A DNA stretch of 63,588 bases, filler included, from Octopus bimaculoides (lineage: Eukaryota), in the NCBI RefSeq assembly GCF_001194135.2. It is 7 parts of 6 records of this genome, joined end to end, with 100 filler letters (N's around TTAATTAATTAA, not from the genome) between each part and the next. Parts side by side here need not be neighbours in the genome. Positions count along the whole stretch, not along the records: positions 1 to 25,857 come from NC_068993.1; 6 more parts are not named here. One strand, given 5' to 3'. Positions 1-13,222 of the stretch are shown here, in pieces (within the stretch, counting starts at the first letter, position 1; each line of letters begins with the position of its first letter). Position numbers and translations under genes: made by a program. The notes below the pieces were generated by a model. It saw only the letters and a list, made by a program, of their open reading frames with translations. It had not been told where the DNA came from and did no database searches.

Positions 1-40
<40 letters not shown>

Positions 41-523
41 CATATATACGTATACATACATATTTATATATATATACATATATATTTATACATATATATA
101 CCCGTCATATGACGGGGACCTATGGAAATATGGAAATGTACTTTTGCAACATGTGTAAAATCAGAAAAGCATGCCATACGCACCATAATTATAATTTAAC
201 TGTTATAAAATTCCATGCCAATTTTAAAACGGAAAATATTTGTGACTTAAAAAAAAAAACAAGATAACAAATTTCTATATTTGCAATAAATGTATATTAT
301 TATTATTTTTAAAATTGTATCATCATCATTGCTCCTTACTCCAGCGAAAAACATATCTTTGCAACATTACATTAACGAAGAGTATATTCCACAATATTAT
401 AAGGATCAGAATACGTTGTGTTGTAGCAAACAAATATATACATACAATATATATATATATAACTATATATCTATATATACATATATATACATATATATAC
501 ATATATATATATANNNNNNNNNN

Positions 524-554
<31 letters not shown>

Positions 555-658
555 TGTAGTCAATCCAAGCATGAACAAGCAAGAAAAAACAACAACGCGA
601 GGACGTGGAATAAGTAAGGTGTTATTGGATGCTCAGGAAAAGAAAGAAAAGAAAGAGG

Positions 659-693
659 ATTTCACGTTTCGAGCGGAGCTCTTCGTCAGAAAT
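659..693 (-). ncRNA. Minimal type I hammerhead-like motif, probably inactive
   Basis: Minus strand ATTT-CTGACGA-A-GAGC-TCC-GCTC-GAAA-CGT-G-AAAT: both core boxes, 4-bp stems I and II, palindromic ACGT. The triplet is GUG (N17=G), which is non-canonical. Confidence 0.5.
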
Positions 694-1094
694 ATAGGAA
701 AAGTCCAAAGAAGGGAAGACGGAGAAAGAAAATTGCCAACGATTGGAAGTGTATGAAAGAGAAATTTGAAATAAATTACCAAAATACAATTATTTTTACG
801 CGTTTCTTTTTCTTTGAAAAATGTCTTATTTGCTAGGCCGCTATCTTCCCAAATTGACTGCTCCGTGTTGTTGAGAGACAAAAAGCTGGAAGCAGTAGTA
901 ATCAACGTATTAGTAATTGGGTTGTATAAAGAAATACATAAATATTTCACTTTTCATCTAAATTGAGGTCCCTGATAAATTGATCTTATTGACTTACGTA
1001 ACAAAGCATGAATACTGACACAGAGTCATGCATACATGGAAACATACAACGTACACACATACATGCATACAACATACAAACATACATACGTATG

Positions 1095-1192
<98 letters not shown>

Positions 1193-1893
1193 CTGTTGTA
1201 GCCAGTTCTTCAGGTTGAATCCGAAACGTTGGATATTCCACTCCTCACGGCAAGTTCACTCTACCCCTTTCATTTTTTTCCATATTTTTTCAATTCTTAC
1301 CGACGCAGAGCTATCAGGTTATTGCCTGATTATTATACATACATACATACATACATACATACATACATGTAATACAGCGTTCGTTTGATATTGGTAATGT
1401 GCGTACACATCGCTATGAAAAGCGTTATATCAGCTGTCCTTCAGTCATATTTGCTTACCATACTTTCATCGACATACAAGTGCCACACATTTCACTTACA
1501 TGTATCTTTATCGGAAATTCTGCAAACAGTTGCTGAGTACTTTATACATGCTGTTATGCAGTGATAGGTACGTCAGCGTTGTAGCTGACCAGTATCCAGC
1601 CTCTACAGAATTGCGGTGAAGTTATGAGTGGCGTCCGATAGAAAATACTAACCAACGACGCTTGTAACATTGTAAAATAAGTGAGGTTAATCTCTGTGAG
1701 TATAATTCAAAAAATTGTCTGGTTCAAAAAGCCATATCAGATGCCATGATGGTTGTAAGGTGAAGGTCGAGGAGATGGTCAAACTCGGCATCAGGAACAG
1801 ACAACCACCATACACACACACGCACACAAACACACACATATCTATACATACACACACATACATATATATATATGTACATATATATGTATATAT

Positions 1894-1943
<50 letters not shown>

Positions 1944-3689
1944 GGTATGTGTGTGTGTGTGTGNNNNNNNNNNNNNNNNNNNNNNNNNNNNNNNNNNNNN
2001 NNNNNNNNNNNNNNNNNNNNNNNNNNNNNNNNNNNNNNNNNNNNNNNNNNNNNNNNNNNNNNNNNNNNNNNNNNNNNNNNNNNNNNNNNNNNNNNNNNNN
2101 NNNNNNNNNNNNNNNNNNNNNNNNNNNNNNNNNNNNNNNNNNNNNNNNNNNNNNNNNNNNNNNNNNNNNNNNNNNNNNNNNNNNNNNNNNNNNNNNNNNN
2201 NNNNNNNATATATATATATATATATCTGGATTTTCCACTCTCCCCGGTAAGTTCACGGTAGTCTCCTTGCTGATTCTATTCGTATGTCTTGCGGTGTCCC
2301 CACAACCCCATTCTCTCTCTGGAACCCTTTTGATCGTGCATATACGCACACACGCAAACACATATACACAAACATACAGACACATACACACCCACCCACG
2401 CACACACACAAACACACACACATATATAACTACATATATACACACACACACTCTCACACACTCATATATATATATATATACGACTGATCTCGGTGTGTAT
2501 ATGTGTATGCATGTGTCTGTATGCGTGTGTTAGTGTGTGTCTGTGTGTATGTATATACATACATGTATACAAATAAACTTGGTTATGTATATGTACAGTT
2601 TATTTGATACTAATATTATGCATATATATATATATATACGTGTGCGTGTGTGTGAAGATGTGTGTTTTGTGCGAGTGTACACCTATTATATTCGTGTCAC
2701 TAAGTATGTAACAAAACTGTCTCTTTGTTAACACATTGTAGCATAGATTTTGTTATGTTTTGTCTATTTGGAAGATGTTTGATGCTACAAGAGGCATCTG
2801 TCATTTCAGAATGTGTTCCGATATTTTTGACGCCATTTTATCGGTGAATTTTTCTCAAGTCTTTTATTTTTACCATTTTAACAAGAAATAAGGCCTCCTT
2901 ATCTTTCTCCGACTTATTCTATTTTCTGTGCTTTACAAAAAAAAAAAATCTTTAAAATGGTTATTCAGGCTTTGTTACCTTTTTCAGCGACAGATTCAAT
3001 ATTTTATTTACTTTCCCATCAAATCCGCATATATCATTGTACCATTATGATATAATTAACAAGTGGTAAAACCTATTGTTGGAAGAGATGTCTTTCACCA
3101 AATTTAAAGGAAAGCAGATGGAATCGGTGTCAAGACAATAATGTTTATTTCCATAATAATCTTTCTGACAACATTTTAGAGCCATTCAATTATTTGTTGT
3201 TTTTATTTTTATCTTTCAATTCTTCGGATAGAAATCTTGAGAGTCTTCCGAATACATATTATTTGTTGTCAATGTAAGAAAAGTATTTCTTTGCTATTCA
3301 ATTTGTTTATGTTTTAGTAATGTTAATAATTTTCTTTCTCTGTTGACCTGTGGCTCTTTTTGCATTTTAATTTCCTCTCTCCTTAACTTTACAGAATTTC
3401 CAGCTGGGGAATGAAATTTTTACAGCTAACAACTAATTTTTTTTTTTTTTAAGACGTACCGCTGTCTATTTCTGTCATTTTATAGCACAACTCTACTGAA
3501 TGAAGAAAGATTCCCACGATAATGATTCCATTATATTTTAGGTTTTACTCCTGGTTTGTCATATTGACATATGAAATAACTGAATTCAGTAATATCTCAG
3601 AACTGGAAGTCGTTCCAATTGAAATATATTTAATATTTGAATTATCTCAAAAAAATCTAACAGTATTGATTCTTTCTAAATTTCTCTCA

Positions 3690-3882
3690 AGTCCAGCAAT
3701 TTTGATGGGAGGGACAAATCAGTTACATCTACGTCAATGCTCAATTTGTATTTATTTTGCCGACCCCGAAAGGAAGAAAGGCACAGATCGAACTTGGCAG
3801 TGTGTGAACTCAGGACGTAAAACCGGAAAAATCGCCGCTACTTGTTTTGGCGGACGTGCTAATGGTTCTGCCCTCTCACCGG
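3690..3882 (-). mobile_element. SINE family A copy (core GTCGACTTTGCCTTTCATCCTTTCGGGGTCGATAAA)
   Basis: Diverged reverse-complement match to the ~220-bp family present more than 10 times in the window. The core resembles the MetaSINE domain from memory (unverified). Confidence 0.7.
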
Positions 3883-4788
3883 CCTCAACAAAGATTCCAG
3901 GGCATGAGGAGGTATGATGATTTCATCGCCCAAGTGTTCAACTGGTACTCATTTCAATGACTTCGAAAGGATAATGGCAAGGAAACCTCGGAGGAATGTG
4001 AAGTGGGAATGTAAAGACGAATGTGAAGCTGGTAAGAACTTTTCCTGTGCAGGAGTAATTCTGCCAGCTCCCTGTCCTCAACGCAGCACTTAATAATAAC
4101 AATAAATGATTGCTTTCTTGTGAAGGATGAGGTGATAAAAACTGATATTGGCGTCGGCAAAGTTGACAGTAGTAGGATTTTGTTATATATTAGAATTGAG
4201 TATGTACGTGGGGTGGGCTGATGTAAAGTTGTGACGATGATGATGATGGTGAAAGTAATAGGTGTAATGAAGGTGGACTTGTTAATGATAGCAAAAGTAA
4301 CGTTGCAGAAAGAAAGAGGTGAGAAGTTCACTTTCGTTGCAGGCGTTAAAAGTTTCAGAATGACTTTCGTTTGACCAAGTGTGTATTTCAGATTTGGTAT
4401 TGACGAAAATGTCGATTGGACGCTTCATATTAACGTTGTTCTCAATTGGGATGTCATTTATTTTGTTCTTTCTGTTTCTTTCTGCCGTAAAACATTTTTG
4501 CTATTTCGTTTATCTCTGTATACTCAAGTCCATGCTATTACGTTCGTATCTCTTTGTTTAGCTGAATATTCTGCATCGCAAGCTTGTGAGTATGTGAAGA
4601 CCAAAAAAGAAAAGAAGCAAAACCGACATCTTTATTCTTGTGAATCCTTTGTAGATAGATTCCTAAATAGTTCAGATGCTGCAGTTCAGTTTCAGAACAA
4701 ATTCCAAAAGAATTGCTTCTCTATGCCATAAATCGATGACATTTACAAATAATATGAAAATATCGCTAGCATCGTTAACAAGCAACTG

Positions 4789-4883
<95 letters not shown>

Positions 4884-6429
4884 TTCTCTTTTAGGCAAAA
4901 GGTCTGAAATTTTGGGGTGGGGTATAATCAATTATATGGACCTTCAGTTTTACTCTGGTTCTTATTTCATTGACCACGATTACAATTGTTAACGATCATG
5001 ATTGATACATATTTGATAAAAAGCAACTATATATATTTATATATAAATATATATATATATAANNNNNNNNNNNNNNNNNNNNNNNNNNNNNNNNNNNNNN
5101 NNNNNNNNNNNNNNNNNNNNNNNNNNNNNNNNNNNNNNNNNNNNNNNNNNNNNNNNNNNNNNGTGTGTGTGTGTGTGTGTGTGCGTGTGTCTGTGTATGT
5201 ATACATACCGATATTGATATGAATTTATTTCGGTATTAGTATGGTTTCTTAGAAAATGTCAAAAATGATATACGAATCAAAATTTAGATAAATATATACA
5301 TCTTTAAAAATTTAAACACTTTAGATACACTTGAAATATGAATACATATTAGTAGGTGCAAATATATATATATGTATGTATATATATGTATATATGAATA
5401 TATGTATATATACCTATGTATGTACGTATTTATAAATACATATATATCCACGTACATATGCATATATATATATATGTATGCTCATATATATATATANNNN
5501 NNNNNNNNNNNNNNNNNNNNNNNNNNNNNNNNNNNNNNNNNNNNNNNNNNNNNNNNNNNNNNNNNNNNNNNNNNNNNNNNNNNNNNNNNNNNNNNNNNNN
5601 NNNNNNNNNNNNNNNNNNNNNNNNNNNNNNNNNNNNNNNNNNNNNNNNNNNNNNNNNNNNNNNNNNNNNNNNNNNNNNNNNNNNNNNNNNNNNNNNNNNN
5701 NNNNNNNNNNNNNNNNNNNNNNNNNNNNNNNNNNNNNNNNNNNNNNNNNNNNNNNNNNNNNNNNNNNNNNNNNNNNNNNNNNNNNNNNNNNNNNNNNNNN
5801 NNNNNNNNNNNNNNNNNNNNNNNNNNNNNNNNNNNNNNNNNNNNNNNNNNNNNNNNNNNNNNNNNNNNNNNNNNNNNNNNNNNNNNNNNNNNNNNNNNNN
5901 NNNNNNNNNNNNNNNNNNNNNNNNNNNNNNNNNNNNNNNNNNNNNNNNNNNNNNNNNNNNNNNNNNNNNNNNNNNNNNNNNNNNNNNNNNNNNNNNNNNN
6001 NNNNNNNNNNNNNNNNNNNNNNNNNNNNNNNNNNNNNNNNNNNNNNNNNNNNNNNNNNNNNNNNNNNNNNNNNNNNNNNNNNNNNNNNNNNNNNNNNNNN
6101 NNNNNNNNNNNNNNNNNNNNNNNNNNNNNNNNNNNNNNNNNNNNNNNNNNNNNNNNNNNNNNNNNNNNNNNNNNNNNNNNNNNNNNNNNNNNNNNNNNNN
6201 NNNNNNNNNNNNNNNNNNNNNNNNNNNNNNNNNNNNNNNNNNNNNNNNNNNNNNNNNNNNNNNNNNNNNNNNNNNNNNNNNNNNNNNNNNNNNNNNNNNN
6301 NNNNNNNNNNNNNNNNNNNNNNNNNNNNNNNNNNNNNNNNNNNNNNNNNNNNNNNNNNNNNNNNNNNNNNNNNNNNNNNNNNNNNNNNNNNNNNNNNNNN
6401 NNNNNNNNNNNNNNNNNNNNNNNNNNNNN

Positions 6430-6477
<48 letters not shown>

Positions 6478-7048
6478 GGAGAGAGAGAGAAAGATTGATA
6501 GATAGTTGGATATAGATATAGGTATATATGTGTGTGTATGTGATTTAGTGTATGTGTATGCATGAATATATGTGTGTGCTTGTGTTTGTGTGCGTGTGAG
6601 TGTGTATGTTTGTGTCTCTCTTTGAAGGGTTATATATATGTATGTCCAATTTTCTCCGAAAAATTAATTAAAAGAAATTTCCTTCCATCTTCTGTCAAGT
6701 TTCTTAGATTTTCCAGAACTTTTAATTTAAAATTATTTATTTTGATTTTTTTCACATTTTTCTTTTCATTTTTTCACGAATATATTTCATGTCTACAATA
6801 CTTTCGGTCTTGTTCAACGGTTTTGCTCTTTACAACAATTTCATCACCCCTTTCAACTTTTTTTTTATATATGTAGGAATCATCACTATCCACAATGTCA
6901 TTGTCATCACCGCCATCATCTTTATTAATATTGTCATTATCTTTATAGTTAGTGTCATCGTCACTAACAATACGATGGTCGTATTAGACGTTATCTTCCC
7001 GATCTTAATTTTCACTGTATAACATCTTCACCACTATCCTCGTCGGCG

Positions 7049-7109
<61 letters not shown>

Positions 7110-7792
7110 TGTTGCTGTCGTCGTCTTCGGAAATGGTCATTAGCTTCGTCGACAAAAACGTTCGCTTTTCGATATCATCTCATTTTAAAGTTCAGCGATT
7201 TCATATTTTTAAACTGTCAGAATGAAAACCAGCCGGGAAAAAGAAAAAAACAGAGAGGAGAATCATCAATATTAATTAATAATTTATTTTTGTTAAATAA
7301 TGGTAGAATTTAACACTTTGAAAACTTCTCTCAAATTTCAAAAGAAAATAATGATTATTTTTCAACTTAATGTTAGTCTCTCTTAATCGAAAATGGCGGA
7401 ATGGGTGAATATGAAATGTTACGATATTTATACATTTCAGTGACATTAAAAAGACAACAATAATATAAATTAAAATATTTATCTTGCTTTGTTGGAAATA
7501 TTTACAATTTCTATATTACTATTTGTGCTTTCTTTTGTGTTTTGTTTTTAGTTTATTTTGCATTGTTTTACTTGTCTCCTTTTTATTGTATTTAACACAC
7601 TCTATATAATATGCGTGAAATATTTCCTGGGTGTTGTGTATGCGCAATTCCCACTGTTTACGTCATGTGTTTGTCTGCATTGTTTTGCTTATTCTAAACA
7701 TAACATTTCTCTAACGGATGTTATTAATAAATCATTTTTTCTATTATTGTCATATAAGACATCGCATAATATTCAATATCATGATGCTACAG

Positions 7793-7895
7793 ATTGATGA
7801 GATATGGCAACTACGAAAGTCAAACATAAAGGTTGTTCCTGTTGTCATTAGCGCATTGAATTCAATACCATCCAACTTCAACTCATGGACACAAG
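7793..7895 (+). mobile_element. Fragment of restriction-like endonuclease (RLE) non-LTR retrotransposon C-terminus
   Basis: IDEIWQLRKSNIKVVPVVISALNSIP resembles the EI..MW....V.PVV.GALG motif seen in the larger RLE copies at 26484 and 46440. Confidence 0.55.
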
Positions 7896-8199
7896 CAACG
7901 ATTTCTTTACCGAATCGTTACTGTCATCGAAAAATGGTGCCTGTACATCAATATGAAGCAGCGTAAGGAATGGCTTAGCCCCGGTAAACAAGCGACACCG
8001 TGCATGAAACAAGATCTTCATCCGCGTAAAACGATATTGTGCGTATGGTGGGACTGGTAAGGGATTATCCATTACGAATTGCTTGAACGGAACTAAACGG
8101 TCAACGCGGAACTCTATGTTCAACAGATGGAACGACTCAGCACGGCTATTCAAGAGAAAAGACCTAATCGGCAGCATGGAGTTCTTCTGCTGCACAACG
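7896..8199 (+). mobile_element. Decayed mariner (Tc1/mariner) transposase fragment
   Basis: RFLYRIVTVIEKWCLYINMKQRKEW...KQDLHPRKTILCVWWDW*GIIHYELLERN*TVNAELYVQQMERLSTAIQEKRPNRQHGVLLLHN. Contains mariner RIVTGDEKW, LHP.K.MLCVWWD and LLHDN motifs; two stops and first catalytic Asp lost. Confidence 0.9.
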
Positions 8200-8300
8200 A
8201 GGACTCCACATTTGAGTTACTTCTATTTCCAGGTCTTTGTATTTTGAATGTTTCTCCGTTTCTTTTTGAGAAACGTTGTCATCTTTTGGTATTGATACAG
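8200..8300 (-). mobile_element. RLE non-LTR retrotransposon endonuclease fragment
   Basis: VSIPKDDNVSQKETEKHSKYKDLEIEVTQMWS; shares SKYKDLEIE with the copy at 26484-26924. Confidence 0.75.
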
Positions 8301-8335
8301 AGTATGGTTGCTTTCTCATTTTCTGTGTTTCATTC

Positions 8336-8585
8336 AACATCCTTAAACAACCCTTATTCAAGGACCGTTTGAGTGGGATGGGCTACACGATCTGAAGAAA
8401 ATTTTGACTGGGCTCCACTTGCAAGGTCATGTGCTGTTTATCTGATATGAGATCACCATGTCGCGCATACATGGTTATGTTGCATGTGCCTGGTGTACCC
8501 TTAGACAGGTAGCCATTGTGAGTATACTGGACTTCGTATATTTTATCCCAGTGTCACTTTGATGGGATACACTGCTCTCTCACTC

Positions 8586-8644
<59 letters not shown>

Positions 8645-8660
8645 TGATAATAATAATGAT
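8336..8660 (+). mobile_element. Interspersed repeat 3' end with (AAT)n tail (unclassified non-LTR/SINE family)
   Basis: Clear homolog on the opposite strand at 37100-37437 (GCTCTCTCACTCAATAATAAT end; CATGGT...TGCATGTGCCTGGTGTACCCTT). Confidence 0.7.
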
Positions 8661-9559
8661 AATTCTTATGAACGATTATAACATCAGACTCTATTTATCT
8701 TACACGTTGTATTGTAAAGTTTCGTAATTGCAATCCTTGTTTCTGAAGATTTCTATTTCTGTTTTCACAAAGTCGTCAGAACCATTTTCTGTGCGTGGAA
8801 TCCGAACCTGATGCAAACATTCCAATGAATTATTCTAGCAATTACGTCAGCCGTCTTTTGATGATCTAAGTGTAGGTGCTCCGATACAAAGTAAGCTTAT
8901 ATTCTCGTGTGTAGCGATGCTCATTCTATATTTGTGTGGACACCCCTATAATTCTCTTGATCTAATTTATCCTTGAAACCTATTTTCTACTACTAAAATC
9001 ACCCTCTCGGTATTTTTCTTCATTACTCTACTTTAATCAAAGCTAGCTGTTCGTGTCATCTTTATCTCTTTTATCTTTTTCAAAAACACTAGATGAAGCT
9101 TCTTTACTCGACCCTTTCGCTATTTTCAGCTTTGTCTTCTTGGTGTGTGAATCTCAACTAAATCTCTAAATAACTCTCCACTTATTAACCTCCGTAAGTA
9201 GTATTTCTTTTTCTACTAAATATATTCCTAGATTTGTTTTCTCTTGATCTGCTACATCTTCAAATCTCACGAAAACTACAACAACAACCACAACAAAGTC
9301 GATATTAAAATTTACTTGATATGTGAAAATATTTCCAAAATTTCACTTACCATTTCTGTCTTGTTGCATTCATGACTGCATCCATATCGTTTCAACGTAA
9401 GGCGAACGTTTCGAGAATTTATTAATCTTGCACATTTTCTTTTATTCATAATGATTTAATTCTTCAATAACCGATAAATATAATATAATTAAATACATTT
9501 TCTCACCACCAAATTATTATTTACACTAAGTCTTGCTTGCTCTTTTATATACATTTGGC

Positions 9560-9598
<39 letters not shown>

Positions 9599-10012
9599 NN
9601 NNNNNNNNNNNNNNNNNNNNNNNNNNNNNNNNNNNNNNNNNNNNNNNNNNNNNNNNNNNNNNNNNNNNNNNNNNNNNNNNNNNNNNNNNNNNNNNNNNNN
9701 NNNNNNNNNNNNNNNNNNNNNNNNNNNNNNNNNNNNNNNNNNNNNNNNNNNNNNNNNNNNNNNNNNNNNNNNNNNNNNNNNNNNNNNNNNNNNNNNNNNN
9801 NNNNNNNNNNNNNNNNNNNNNNNNNNNNNNNNNNNNNNNNNNNNNNNNNNNNNNNNNNNNNNNNNNNNNNNNNNNNNNNNNNNNNNNNNNNNNNNNNNNN
9901 NNNNNNNNNNNNNNNNNNNNNNNNNNNNNNNNNNNNNNNNNNNNNNNNNNNNNNNNNNNNNNNNNNNNNNNNNNNNNNNNNNNNNNNNNNNNNNNNNNNN
10001 NNNNNNNNNNNN

Positions 10013-10075
<63 letters not shown>

Positions 10076-10600
10076 TACATACGTATAAACATGTATGTAT
10101 GCTTAAATATGTGTGTGTCTATGTGTGTGCGGTGTGTATGTAAGCGTGGTGTACTGAACAGCGTACACAACAAATGCTTAGTGGAAAACGGAAACGAATA
10201 TTTAGAGATGATTTTTTGAACGCGGTTCAAGGGGATGGTCACATAATTTGAAGAAATATTGATCAAATTTCTCTGCTAATTTCCATACTAAGGAAAAAGT
10301 CGATTGACAGTTTGATGATTGTTGGCACTACGTAGGAACGATTGCAAATATATTCTAAACTCTTTGGCCTTGTACACTTTCAGCTAGTTTTTAATCATAA
10401 AATGACCGTTTTATATATTGAAAAAGTATTAGGTATACTTTTCATTAATGTTGATTCTTATAATTCAAAATTATCAGGAATAAGAGAAGAAATCAAGGGG
10501 ACTTTGCGCCGGCATTTGGATCATCAAGTTATCTATAAAATACACGCACAAATATTTATATATACATATATACATATATAAGTGTGTGCTTACAGTTATT

Positions 10601-10678
<78 letters not shown>

Positions 10679-10847
10679 TATAAGTACTTTATATTTGCTA
10701 GCACGTGTGTATATATGTGCGTGTATGTGTCTGTGTGTGTGTATGATTGCTTAGCTATCTAGCAAAATAATGTTCTCTGCGTTATTATATAATTGTGTTA
10801 TGTAGCATAGACAAGGATTCGTGCTTCTTCTCTTGTTAGTCTTTCTC

Positions 10848-10900
<53 letters not shown>

Positions 10901-11571
10901 CTCATTTTAAGTCTTTGTATGTATGTGTGTGGAGGTGGGGGTGAAAAGTGAGGTCCAAAAAAGTTTTACATTAACGCGAGAATAAATTAACGAAGAACAG
11001 AGAATAAATGAAGAAATTGAGATAACAAACACTTCACCGAGCTTTATACTCCTGGCATTCGGCGTTAGCGTTAAGTTGTCAGTTTGGTACAACTCGCTGC
11101 TATCTTCAAATCTTACCTAAGCAGTCGCTCTCTTACGCATCGGTTATCTCTCATGAAACCATAAATACAACAGTAATTCTTTATTAGCTGCCACTTCAGA
11201 AATATTCTTCTTACTCGAAGTAATATTCCTGACATTTTACACATTTACAATAATAATAAAAAAAAAAGACATTATTATGTATTTCTTGATCTTCAACCGC
11301 CAAACAGCATCGTTTGTGTTTGCTGTAGATAATTTTTTATGGAACAAAGCATTTTTTTCGGTGGATAGCAGATTGAACAATAATTCAGATAATCACAATT
11401 GTAATACAAATGACATTTCCATTGAGAAGACTTATTTTTATATCAGAATTTCTCAACGTTCTGCTCTGTTCCAAGCAAAGGTATGAAACTGAATTTGATG
11501 AGAACCAGTTTTCCTGTATTGCACGAGATTTGAACGAGAAATGACATGAAACCTTTTCTCGTGTTGTTTGT

Positions 11572-11637
<66 letters not shown>

Positions 11638-12414
11638 TTTGTTGTTGTTGTTGTTCAGGCACAGGACGTTGTGAATGGTGAAGAGAAGTTCTCCATTTTT
11701 ATAATAACTTGGTCAGATAGTTACTCACATTATTTTAAGATATTTTGACTTATTTGGTTAATTTTAGTATCAACAACGTAGTCCTTTGCATTTTGGGTTC
11801 TTTTTTTTTTCCTTTATGACCCATTATTTTGTAATATTTGATCAATAGAGACAAAGTGATTATGATACGCAAAAAGTATGGATGACAATAAATTTTGTTC
11901 TATTTTTGTATCATCTCGAATACAAAGACTTACAAGAGGAAACGTTTATTTTATTTTTTTATATTGTCTAAATTAGCAACACGAAATTAAGTATTTAAAG
12001 CTGTGAATCAAAAAGCAGACAATGTAATTTCTTATGTTTTAACCACAGTGTACCATTTTAATGCCTTCTCAATATATTCCGCAGCGTTTTGTAGAATATG
12101 TTAGTGGTGGTCCTCATTAAAGACAAACAAATTATTTATATAAATGCAAATGAATAAGAAATTCTAAAATAGACACAAAGCTTAGAAGTGGACCATAATT
12201 AAATACTAATATGATATTGTAATCATTTTGTCGGCGCCCAAACGGTTCTTCCATATATTGACTTTATAATTTATAATTTTAATAATACTTCTTAGATTGG
12301 CTGAAAGCCACGCATTTATAGGCAATTTAAACAAAACTCGGAATTTTCCATGCTATTTTTTTGGTGAATTGATTTTGTGAACAAATATAGACTGTAAATA
12401 AATATTCTTTTCTA

Positions 12415-12703
12415 CTCTAGGCACAAGGCCCGAAATCTTGTGGGAGGAGGGCAATCGAGTAGATCGACCCCAGTACGCAACTGGTACTTAATTTATCGAC
12501 CCCGAAAGGATGAAAGGCAAAGTCGACCGCGGCGGAATTTAAACTAAGAACGTAAAGACAGACGAAATAGCGCTAAGCGTTTTCCCAGCGTGCTAACGTT
12601 TCTTATATCATTATTGCCCACAAACATATAGGGGACAAACAAGGACAGACAAAGGGATTAAGGTGATTACATCCGCGTGCTAACGTTTCAGCCAGCTCGC
12701 CGG
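12415..12703 (-). mobile_element. SINE family A, chimeric copy
   Basis: Core copy 12415-12601, then a tail fragment and a repeated head segment (GCGTGCTAACGTTTC occurs twice). Confidence 0.8.
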
Positions 12704-13187
12704 CTTACTGTAAGTAAATATTGCAAGGGAGACAGCTGATAATGAACGCAAGAATAACGATGAAGATAATCATATGCTACAGAAACACAACACCATATAC
12801 GTCAGAGCAGGGGATGATTGCATTTGAGAGTAATAGACTAGAACGTTTCATATTTATATAACGAAACTAGAAAAGCGGTTCGCAAATTAATCACCTCAGC
12901 TTACACAAATTTCATTGACAACAATACTTTTTAGACATGGAACAGCTTTATAGAGATGTTACATTATCAAATACTCAGAAATATGAATAAACTTTAAGAC
13001 GTATAATGGACGTGAAATAGTGTAATGTTATCTACAAATCTAACACTGGTATCCATTGTTAATTACATAGGTTTCCAGTCTGTGAAAAATTAATAATGAG
13101 CTCACTTTATAATGTTTTCCTTAGATAACGATAATTTTGTTAGTGAAACGTATGTAAAATTTCGTAATTTATAAACCATTTCACTAG

Positions 13188-13222
<35 letters not shown>

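Noticed and set aside
4381-4731. 116-aa plus-strand ORF
   Set aside because: No recognisable domain, and hydrophobic composition expected from T-rich DNA.
8870-9270. Possible decayed LINE endonuclease on the minus strand
   Set aside because: Only a few residues resemble an APE motif across multiple stops and frameshifts; not supportable by eye.
9385-9430. CTCGAAACGTT on the minus strand, a hammerhead-like half
   Set aside because: No CTGAnGA box upstream.
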